DNA of 64,000 nt from Opitutales bacterium (GTDB lineage Bacteria; Verrucomicrobiota; Verrucomicrobiia; Opitutales; UBA2987). The position numbers were made by a program, and so were the translations under genes. Of the stretch, positions 54,092 to 64,000 are shown one piece after another. Positions within the stretch are counted from its first letter, which is position 1. Each line of letters starts with the position of its first letter. The DNA lies in contig CBDDEL010000010.1 of NCBI GenBank assembly GCA_965226885.1, forward strand, positions 366,258-430,257, in the 5' to 3' direction. The notes beneath the pieces were generated by a model. That model made no database searches. It saw nothing but the letters and a program-made list of their open reading frames with translations, and had not been told where the DNA came from.

Positions 54092-55373
54092 ATGTCCTCC
54101 AACCAGCTTAGTCTCGATTACGATTTAGAACAAGGCCGCGAAGAAAAAGTGCGTTCTGCTCGGGAATTCCTGGCGGAACTTCGGGATTTTCATGAATTCG
54201 ATAAAAAACCCATTGTTGAACAATATCCGGATCCCGAAATCGAGACCCCCATGTTCATCAACGAATTTTGGACCTCCCGTCAGCGGGCCGCCCACTCGCT
54301 CCACGAAGTCTCCTACCGGGCCTGCTTCAAGCCTCAACTGCCGAGGTTTTTCATCGAGCGGCTGACCCGCCGGGGCGACCGGGCTTACGATCCATTCGCC
54401 GGACGGGGAACCACATTAATCGAGGCGGCTCTGCTCGGGCGCATCCCAGTCGGTTGCGACATCAACCCGCTCAGCGAAATTCTGGCCGCCCCTCGTTTGC
54501 ATCCGCCTTCCATTTCGGAAATCGCGGATCGGTTGGCACTGATTGATTTTGACCGGAAAACGGAATTTAGAAACGATCTGCTCGTATTCTATCATCCTAA
54601 AACCTTGCAAACCATAACGAATCTCCGCCATTACCTACTGCAAAAATCAAAAACCGGAAGTCTGGACAAAATTGACGCCTGGATCCGTATGGTGGCCACT
54701 AATCGTTTGACCGCCCACTCCCCGGGATTTTTCTCCGTTTACGCCATGCCCCCCAATCAAGCCGTATCCATCAAATCGCAGCAGAAAATCAACCAAAAAC
54801 GCTGTCAATTTCCACAAGAGAAAAACGTTACCGAAATTATACTCAAGAAAAGCCGCTCCCTTCTAAGCAGTCTGGATGTGCGACAAGCGGGCTCGTTGCA
54901 AAAAATTGCCCTGAATGCGCGCCATTATACGGGCTCCTGCGACTCAACTCCGCAAATCGAAAACGACTCTATCCAACTTGCAGTCACTTCTCCGCCTTTT
55001 TTGGACGTGGTCGATTATAAGACGGACAACTGGCTGCGCTGCTGGTTCAACGGCATCGAAGCTGAGAAAATAAAAATCTGGCAATTGCGCAAACCCGAGA
55101 ATTGGCAAGCCAAGATGAGTCAAGTTTTCCGGGAACTGTACCGGATACTTCATGCCGGGCGGCCACATCGCCTTCGAAGTCGGGGAAATTAAAGGAGGAA
55201 GGCTCCTCCTCGAAACCCTCGTAGTCCCCGCCGCCCAAAAAGCGCGCCTGACCCCCATCCTCATCCTCATCAACGCCCAGAAATTCACCAAAACCTCCAA
55301 CTGCTGGGTCATCGATAATCTAAAAAAAGGAACCAACACCAACCGCATCATTCTATTGCGAAAACAAAAGTGA
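54092..55373 (+). pseudogene. Orphan amino-DNA methyltransferase, frameshift near 55150
   Basis: YDPFAGRGTT and TSPPF; ELYRIL continues in another frame as PGGHIAFEVGE. Confidence 0.78.
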
Positions 55374-55400
55374 TGCATGGACAAACTGGCGGGATAAAAG

Positions 55401-56939
55401 TTACCGGGCGCCGTCAATGAGCTTGTTGACTTTGAGGCGGTGGGAGCCGGGGCGGTCGGGCGGATTGAGGATTAGAATTATTCGGTTGCCGGGATGGAAT
55501 TCGGGTAGTGTTAACATGACGAATGTTTGATATTGCTGTTGTATTCCCAGATGAACAAGCACAGGACGCGAAAATGCATGACCAAAGACTTCGAGAATGA
55601 CAGCGTTTTACGCACATAGCGTGACAGAGACTGTCGCAAGGTATTGTTCCAGCGTTCGATATGGGCGGTTTGGCCGGATTGTTTCCCGCTGGCGCTGTTG
55701 TGAGGGAAAACCTTGTCGTAGCTTTCCCAGTAATCGCTTACGGTGGCACAGTCGCGATAGGGTTGGGCGATGTTGTGATACAACTGCCGGCACGTTTGAT
55801 CGCTACGATCACCCAGAGAAAACCCGACGACCTGTCGGGTACGTCGGCACAAGGCTACCCATAGCCATACCTGTCCCGAACGCTTATCGCCCCAGAAGGA
55901 CCACACCTCGTCCAGCTCCAGCACATCATTACACTGGCGGGCAAGCAGTGTGGACTCCAGCTTCGGCAAACTCAGGACTTTTTTTTAATCCATTCGATGA
56001 CCGTCTTTGGGGCTACCCCGAAGGTACGGTAAATGGCACGCAGGCTCATTCGGTTTTGGTGCGCACGGAGCACCTGCTTGACCAGCGCTGGGGGATGCTC
56101 ACGGCTTTGGGGGTGAAGCCGAAACTGATAACCACACCTCTTGCATCGATACTTCTGAACCCCTTTCGGATCCTTGCCGTGCTTGATGATGTGATCGCTT
56201 CCGCATTGAGGACATTTTACTGTGATATGGATCATTCCCAGTTTACAGCATAATCACGCTGAAAAGTACAGCTTAAACATTCAAAATGTTAACACTACCG
56301 GAATTCGAAGGTATTAGTGAAAACAATTTTGGGGCCAGCTTTGGATTCAACGGCAAAGCCGACGGGTATGAAAAACAGATTTTCTTCAGCATCATAGAAA
56401 TTCCGCATTGAGAACGCTTTAGAAAAACCGTGAGGGAAAACGGTGTTCTCTTTTCCCACCCTGCCGATCAGTTTTTTAGTCATGGCGTTGAATACAACCA
56501 GACTTTCAACAGGAAAATCAGCGAAGCTATCATTAATAGAGAATAGTTGGAACTCTTTACCGGACGCTTCCTTATTAATAATAGGCATAAAAAATAACAG
56601 GTGTTCACGCGTACCTTTGGGCAAATGAACGGTTGCCACCGGCAATCGGGTAATGGTGTTGTCTTTGTTGATAATTTCCCGGAAAAAAACTATCGGCTGT
56701 TTCCCGTTGAATTCATAAGGGACAGATCGCCGGTAGTTTTGAAATTCTATGGTAGCAACTTCATCCGGCGTCGTTTCGACCTTGAGCCCGATGGGTTTGA
56801 CGGAGCCGATGAAAAAAACTCTAAAGGTAAGCGCAGTTCCCTCCCCTGCCCCATTTACCAGTGATGAAGCGTTGAGCAATGGCCAGAAAAATAGCAGGAC
56901 TAATCCGGTTGCAATTAAATATCTTCGGCGGCTACCCAT
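55401..56939 (-). pseudogene. Exported hypothetical protein split near its 3' end by IS1-B
   Basis: Removing the IS gives ..NTFEFHPGNRIILILNPP..LIDGAR*. Confidence 0.7.
55504..56299 (-). mobile_element. IS1-family element B, complete (insA 55972-56235, insB 55511-55969)
   Basis: IRs GGTAGTGTTAACAT; TSD GGAATTCG; A-run frameshift site at the insA/insB junction. Confidence 0.93.
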
Positions 56940-57270
56940 CGGAAATGTATTATCTGGAAGCGTCGGCCGAATTTGCCCGGCGGTTCATTATAGTCTTCGG
57001 AAATTTTCTCAGGATTCGTCTTATCGCGTAACTCGAACGGCTCTGGAATCCTCTGCACAAGAGCTTCGCACCATGCCATGGCCTGGGTTTGTTGAATGAT
57101 GGGATTATAAGCATCGCCATAAGCGCGAATCAAAAAAGTGTCCGAACGCGTTTGCACAAACGGCGCTATACTCGAAAGAATGTCGGCCTGGGTAAGAAAT
57201 GAAGGCGCGTTGAAAGGAATGCGGTTGTCGTTAAGCGCGGAGTCGTAATTAAAGCCATCGACAGTGTTAA
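56915..57270 (-). pseudogene. C-terminus of a Verrucomicrobia-type large hypothetical protein, truncated by IS1380-A
   Basis: TQADILSSIAPFVQTRSDTFLIRAYG..WCEALVQR..FGRRFQIIHFRW; family recalled from memory, not searched. Confidence 0.65.
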
Positions 57271-58017
57271 CCCGGATATTTCATGAAGGGTAAAGTCTGG
57301 CTCGTTATTGCTATTGGAGATGGATTTCTTTGTATTTTGAGCAGATCGTCTTGATTTTTAGGTGTTTTTCAGGGTGTAGAGACACTGCCCCCTTTCCCCC
57401 ATTGGTTCGGTAGTGCCGGGGGCAGCACCAATGCACCCTTTAGGTTGGCACCAATCGGCGGGCCGCATGGTTGAAAAGACTGGCCCAAGGATAACTCTCA
57501 CTTAGGTGAAAGTGAATCGTTCGGGTGTTGCGCACGATGACCGCTCCGATCTTGATTAATTTGAGCCGCAGGGTGTGGCATTGAGCCCGCGCCCACTTCG
57601 TCCCTTTTAAGGCTAACCGGCGCATGGCTTCCATCAAGGTGTAGGCCAGCGCCGACAAGAGCAATCGCCACTGATTGGCCCACCATTGATGGGCGCTGGT
57701 GCGCTCGCTGAACAATTGCATCTGTTCCTTGATTCGGTTCTCCATTTCACCGCGGCCACAGTATACCTTGTCGTAAAGCTCCTGGGGATCGCCCGGCAGG
57801 TTCGTCACCACGAAGCGCGGGTTGGACCCCTGTGCGGTGTGTTCGGCTTTATGGATGACCAACCGCAGCCATCGCCACGAATCGGCAGCATAGACGAAGT
57901 CCTGGAATAACCGCTGTTTTTTACCCCTTAGTTCGAACCATTCTTTGGCCTGCTTTTGCAACTGCTGGGCGTCTTGCTGCAAGCGTGCATTGCGAGCCAT
58001 CCCCACGATGTAACTAA
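57271..58017 (-). mobile_element. IS1380-A 3' fragment
   Basis: Right IR after TTAA; cut at an internal CTAA by the next copy. Confidence 0.9.
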
Positions 58018-59456
58018 CCCGGATATTTCGTAAAAAAAGTATCGTTGATATGCTTAACTGCTGATATTTCGTAAAAAAAGTATCGTTGATATGCTTAACT
58101 GCTGATATACAGCAGGATAGATCAATAATTAAAGCAATATCAGCGATGACAAAAGGTAAACAATTAAAGCTACAGTTGACAAGGGTAAAAGGCCGCCGTG
58201 TGCGGGTTGATTTCAAGGGCGGAGAGGTTACTTCGGATGCCGGACTGCTTTTGATCCGGGAAGTGGATCGGCAGTTGGGCTTGACCGAACGAGCGGCCCG
58301 ACAGTTAGTGGACAAACGGCAGAAGGGCAAAGTACGCCATGAGGTATTGGGGATGCTGCGGCAGCGCGTTTACGGGCTGGTGGCGGGCTATGAGGATTTG
58401 AACGACTTTGATACCCTGCGCCACGATCCATTGTTGCAAACGGTAACGGGGCGCATTGAAACGTTGGCCAGCGCGCCGACTTTGTGTCGTTTTGAAAACG
58501 GGCAGGATCGGCGGGCGGCCTTTGCGGTAAACGAGCTGTTGGTCGAACAGTTCATGGGCTCCTTTGCCGAGGAACCCGAAGAGATCATCCTGGACTTTGA
58601 CGCCACCGACAATCCGGTGCACGGGCTCCAGGAGGGACGTTTTTTCCACGGTTATTATGATCATTACTGTTTTCTGCCGCTATATGTTTTTTGCGGTGAT
58701 CAGCTGCTGGTGGCCTACCTGCGGCCGAGCAAGATCGATGCCAGCAAGCATGCCGGGGCCATCCTCAAATTGCTGGTTAAACGGATTCGCCAAAGCTGGC
58801 CCCGTAAGCGGATTATTTGGCGCGCCGACAGTGGATTTTGTCGAGACCGGATACTCTCTTGGTGCGACCGCAACGAAGTTAGTTACATCGTGGGGATGGC
58901 TCGCAATGCACGCTTGCAGCAAGACGCCCAGCAGTTGCAAAAGCAGGCCAAAGAATGGTTCGAACTAAGGGGTAAAAAACAACGGTTATTCCAGGACTTC
59001 GTCTATGCTGCCGATTCGTGGCGATGGCTGCGGTTGGTCATCCATAAAGCCGAACACACCGCACAGGGGTCCAACCCGCGCTTCGTGGTGACGAACCTGC
59101 CGGGCGATCCCCAGGAGCTTTACGACAAGGTATACTGTGGCCGCGGTGAAATGGAGAACCGAATCAAGGAACAGATGCAATTGTTCAGCGAGCGCACCAG
59201 CGCCCATCAATGGTGGGCCAATCAGTGGCGATTGCTCTTGTCGGCGCTGGCCTACACCTTGATGGAAGCCATGCGCCGGTTAGCCTTAAAAGGGACGAAG
59301 TGGGCGCGGGCCCAATGCCACACCCTGCGGCTCAAATTAATCAAGATCGGAGCGGTCATCGTGCGCAACACCCGAACGATTCACTTTCACCTAAGTGAGA
59401 GTTATCCTTGGGCCAGTCTTTTCAACCATGCGGCCCGCCGATTGGTGCCAACCTAA
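58018..59456 (+). mobile_element. IS1380-A with intact transposase (58086-59456), interrupted at its stop codon
   Basis: Left IR plus a 41-bp duplication; next IR starts right after CTAA. Confidence 0.9.
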
Positions 59457-60283
59457 CCCGGATATTTCGTAAAAAAAGTATCGTTGATATGCTTAACTGC
59501 TGATATACAGCAGGATAGATCAATAATTAAAGCAATATCAGCGATGACAAAAGGTAAACAATTAAAGCTACAGTTGACAAGGGTAAAAGGCCGCCGTGTG
59601 CGGGTTGATTTCAAGGGCGGAGAGGTTACTTCGGATGCCGGACTGCTTTTGATCCGGGAAGTGGATCGGCAGTTGGGCTTGACCGAACGAGCGGCCCGAC
59701 AGTTAGTGGACAAACGGCAGAAGGGCAAAGTACGCCATGAGGTATTGGGGATGCTGCGGCAGCGCGTTTACGGGCTGGTGGCGGGCTATGAGGATTTGAA
59801 CGACTTTGATACCCTGCGCCACGATCCATTGTTGCAAACGGTAACGGGGCGCATTGAAACGTTGGCCAGCGCGCCGACTTTGTGTCGTTTTGAAAACGGG
59901 CAGGATCGGCGGGCGGCCTTTGCGGTAAACGAGCTGTTGGTCGAACAGTTCATGGGCTCCTTTGCCGAGGAACCCGAAGAGATCATCCTGGACTTTGACG
60001 CCACCGACAATCCGGTGCACGGGCTCCAGGAGGGACGTTTTTTCCACGGTTATTATGATCATTACTGTTTTCTGCCGCTATATGTTTTTTGCGGTGATCA
60101 GCTGCTGGTGGCCTACCTGCGGCCGAGCAAGATCGATGCCAGCAAGCATGCCGGGGCCATCCTCAAATTGCTGGTTAAACGGATTCGCCAAAGCTGGCCC
60201 CGTACGCGGATTATTTGGCGCGCCGACAGTGGATTTTGTCGAGACCGGATACTCTCTTGGTGCGACCGCAACGAAGTTAGTTA

Positions 60284-63200
60284 GAGGCTGTCCCAAAAGG
60301 GTGATTTTTGCGAGGGCTTTTGATAGGCGCTCATTTTAGAGGTATTTGCATTTGGGAGAGTATCAACTTTGCTCTCCTATGACGTTAGGATACTGGTTTT
60401 GGGGTCCGGTTGCCTGGTTTTCTTTGTATGAGCCGACAGTAAGGCTGTGAAAAAGTATTGTCCTTGCTTTTCCGCTCTCTAGCCCGGATATTTCATGAAG
60501 GGTAAAGTTTGGCTCGTTATTGCTATTGGAGATGGATTTCTTTGTATTTTGAGCAGATCGTCTTGATTTTTAGGTGTTTTTCAGGGTGTAGAGACACTGC
60601 CCCCTTTCCCCCATTGGTTCGGTAGTGGTTCGGTAGTGCCGGGGGCAGCACCAATGCACCCTTTAGCCCGGATATTTCATGAAGGGTAAAGTTTGGCTCG
60701 TTATTGCTATTGGAGATGGATTTCTTTGTATTTTGAGCAGATCGTCTTGATTTTTAGGTGTTTTTCAGGGTGTAGAGACACTGCCCCCTTTCCCCCATTG
60801 GTTCGGTAGTGCCGGGGGCAGCACCAATGCACCCTTTAGGTTGGCACCAATCGGCGGGGCGCATGGTTGAAAAGACTGGCCCAAGGATAACTCTCACTTA
60901 GGTGAAAGTGAATCGTTCGGGTGTTGCGCACGATGACCGCTCCGATCTTGATTAATTTGAGCCGCAGGGTGTGGCATTGGGCCCGCGCCCACTTCGTCCC
61001 TTTTAAGGCTAACCGGCGCATGGCTTCCATCAAGGTGTAGGCCAGCGCCGACAAGAGCAATCGCCACTGATTGGCCCACCATTGATGGGCGCTGGTGCGC
61101 TCGCTGAACAATTGCATCTGTTCCTTGATTCGGTTCTCCATTTCACCGCGGCCACAGTATACCTTGTCGTAAAGCTCCTGGGGATCGCCCGGCAGGTTCG
61201 TCACCACGAAGCGCGGGTTGGACCCCTGTGCGGTGTGTTCGGCTTTATGGATGACCAACCGCAGCCATCGCCACGAATCGGCAGCATAGACGAAGTCCTG
61301 GAATAACCGTTGTTTTTTACCCCTTAGTTCGAACCATTCTTTGGCCTGCTTTTGCAACTGCTGGGCGTCTTGCTGCAAGCGTGCATTGCGAGCCATCCCC
61401 ACGATGTAACTAACTTCGTTGCGGTCGCACCAAGAGAGTATCCGGTCTCGACAAAATCCACTGTCGGCGCGCCAAATAATCCGCGTACGGGGCCAGCTTT
61501 GGCGAATCCGTTTAACCAGCAATTTGAGGATGGCCCCGGCATGCTTGCTGGCATCGATCTTGCTCGGCCGCAGGTAGGCCACCAGCAGCTGATCACCGCA
61601 AAAAACATATAGCGGCAGAAAACAGTAATGATCATAATAACCGTGGAAAAAACGTCCCTCCTGGAGCCCGTGCACCGGATTGTCGGTGGCGTCAAAGTCC
61701 AGGATGATCTCTTCGGGTTCCTCGGCAAAGGAGCCCATGAACTGTTCGACCAACAGCTCGTTTACCGCAAAGGCCGCCCGCCGATCCTGCCCGTTTTCAA
61801 AACGACACAAAGTCGGCGCGCTGGCCAACGTTTCAATGCGCCCCGTTACCGTTTGCAACAATGGATCGTGGCGCAGGGTATCAAAGTCGTTCAAATCCTC
61901 ATAGCCCGCCACCAGCCCGTAAACGCGCTGCCGCAGCATCCCCAATACCTCATGGCGTACTTTGCCCTTCTGCCGTTTGTCCACTAACTGTCGGGCCGCT
62001 CGTTCGGTCAAGCCCAACTGCCGATCCACTTCCCGGATCAAAAGCAGTCCGGCATCCGAAGTAACCTCTCCGCCCTTGAAATCAACCCGCACACGGCGGC
62101 CTTTTACCCTTGTCAACTGTAGCTTTAATTGTTTACCTTTTGTCATCGCTGATATTGCTTTAATTATTGATCTATCCTGCTGTATATCAGCAGTTAAGCA
62201 TATCAACGATACTTTTTTTACGAAATATCCGGGCTAGGCCGCCGCTTTGGTTTTTAGTTCGTCTTGCTGGGCCAGCATCTTGGCTACTTTCCATAGGTTG
62301 TGCGAGAGTACCGACCAGGCTACGCTGATCGAGCGGTTGGCAAAGCCTTTGCTGCGCAACCGCCCGGCCTGCCAGCGATTCTTCAATACCCCGATCCGCC
62401 CTTCGGTGCTGGCCCGGCGCTTTTGCAATTGTCTGAACAGTGGTTCCTCCATCCGTTTTTTCAACTGCTTCGGATCGCGTGGACAGAGCGCGTCGTAGAT
62501 TCCCTCCTGGGCTAACTGCCGGCGGGCCCGCTGGGAGGCAAATCCCCGGTCCGCGCACATGGCCGCTATGGGTTCTTCCAGGTTGAAGCGGTTCTGTCTT
62601 TGCAAACTCTCTTGCATTTGTTCATTTTCGCTTGGAGTTCGGCTGCCGTAGAGTTTCCAGTCCAGCAGGTACCCTTCAACGCTTTCTCCCAAAAACAGGG
62701 TGTTGCCGAACTCGACCTCTTGGCCCGCTTTACCTCGCACAATCACCTGCCCATCGAGTTCGTAAACACTCAAGACTTTCTCTGCGTTTTTCACCTGGCG
62801 GCCGCCAATGATCCGCTCGTGCGCCTGTTTGATGACCACCGGGATTTGCTCGCTCATGCGCTCCATCCGGGCGAGGATCTGTTGGACCTGTTTTTCGCTG
62901 TAATCGCTTTGCTCCCAGCAGGCTTGCAATAATTCCCGGTGACTGCGGGCATGCTCCCCGATCCGTTTGAGCAGCTTTTTCATCTGCCTCAAGATACCCT
63001 TGCGCTGCCGCGCGCTGTCCTTTCGCCGCCGGCTGTGGGTCATTTGTATGCACAGCCGATTCATCTGCCGAGCCAAGGGCTCCGGTTCGATCGGCATGCG
63101 ATGGCGCAAACCGGCCTTCTCGCGGATCAGCCGGATCGCTTTGAGCAACGTGCCGGCTACATCCTTGAGTAATACCCAGTCCGTCGGCCAATGAATGTTA

Positions 63201-63854
63201 GCCTCCAAACAGGTGCCGTCGATCAGGCAAATGGTGGTGTCAATCGGCTTGTCCAATCCCACCTGCCGGGCCAGAAGGGCATCGCCCACCACCTCAGTCA
63301 AGGTCCGGTGCAAGGCCCTCAACTGCTCTTCGCTGAAAAACTTCGAGGCCCGCTCCAGGGTGCTTTTGGAGATGCCCCTGATGCCATCGATCTGCCGGAC
63401 ACGGCAAAAGTCGGCCAACAGATCGCTGCTGCCCAGAGCCCGCGACAAATGCCGAAACGAAATCCCTCCGAGCAGACGGCCCAGCGTATCCATGCGCAGT
63501 GCCTTGATGGCAAAACTGGCCCGCTGCCGCCGGGCCTTTAGACCCATTGGCGGCCACCCCTCCAAGGCCAGCTCAATGGCCTGCGATTCCACCTCCGAGT
63601 CGATCAGCAGCCGATCGATTCGATCAATGGTGGCGCGGAAGTTATCGTAATCGAGGCACCGGTCGACCACAGTTAAAGCTGGACGCAGGAGGCATTGGAT
63701 GGCTATATTTTTCATAGAAAGGGCTATATTGATTTTCGCTAACTCAATTATAGAACCCTTTTTTGGCCGGATCGAGCAAAAACTTGCTCTTTCCGGCTCT
63801 TTTTATCAACGTCATCCAGTTGACTATAAAATCTTTATATTTTTGGACAGCCTC
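60284..63854 (-). mobile_element. ISA copy (transposase 62234-63715) with IS1380-A at its stop codon
   Basis: Both IRs present; CTAG duplicated at 60479-60482 and 62234-62237. Confidence 0.9.
60483..62233 (-). mobile_element. IS1380-A complete copy (60667-62233, transposase 60836-62206) plus an extra right end (60483-60666)
   Basis: Two tandem right ends joined at TTAG, the element's own stop codon. Confidence 0.9.
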
Positions 63855-64000
63855 TAGTTACATCGTGGGGATGGCTCGCAATGCACGCTTGCAGCAAGAC
63901 GCCCAGCAGTTGCAAAAGCAGGCCAAAGAATGGTTCGAACTAAGGGGTAAAACAACGGTTATTCAGGACTTCGTCTATGCTGCCGATTCGTGGCGATGGC

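Larger units (their letters stand above)
59457..64000 (+). mobile_element. IS1380-A interrupted by ISA (resumes at 63855, runs off the window)
   Basis: Transposase breaks at NEVS; TSD TAGTTA at 60278-60283 and 63855-63860. Confidence 0.9.

Overview
A heavily eroded bacterial chromosome segment, probably Verrucomicrobiota/Opitutales-like (inferred from two lineage-typical protein tails). About 33 of 64 kb is insertion sequence: IS5/ISNCY-like, two IS3, two IS1380, IS21, two IS1, IS4 and IS630 types, often nested and often splitting genes. The left end holds a catabolic cluster (M20 amidohydrolase, split hydroxyacid dehydrogenase, HpcH aldolase, SDR, acyl-CoA ligase, broken sulfatase). The region between convergent tRNA-Lys(CUU) and tRNA-Ser(GGA) holds a fragmented prophage-like replication module (initiator-like protein, DnaB, HTH), a (YTGPGGGL)n secreted protein, a TonB receptor plus lamin-tail-domain protein, and a tRNA-His att remnant. 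The best find is a 63-nt RNA inside the phage module that reproduces the whole tRNA-like domain of tmRNA (G3:U70, A73, T-arm, tmRNA-type D-loop) but has no mRNA-like domain, i.e. a candidate phage-borne mini-tmRNA or SmpB decoy. Also notable: reciprocal nesting of two IS types with overlapping target preferences, and many recent short tandem duplications. All calls are by eye; no database searches were run.
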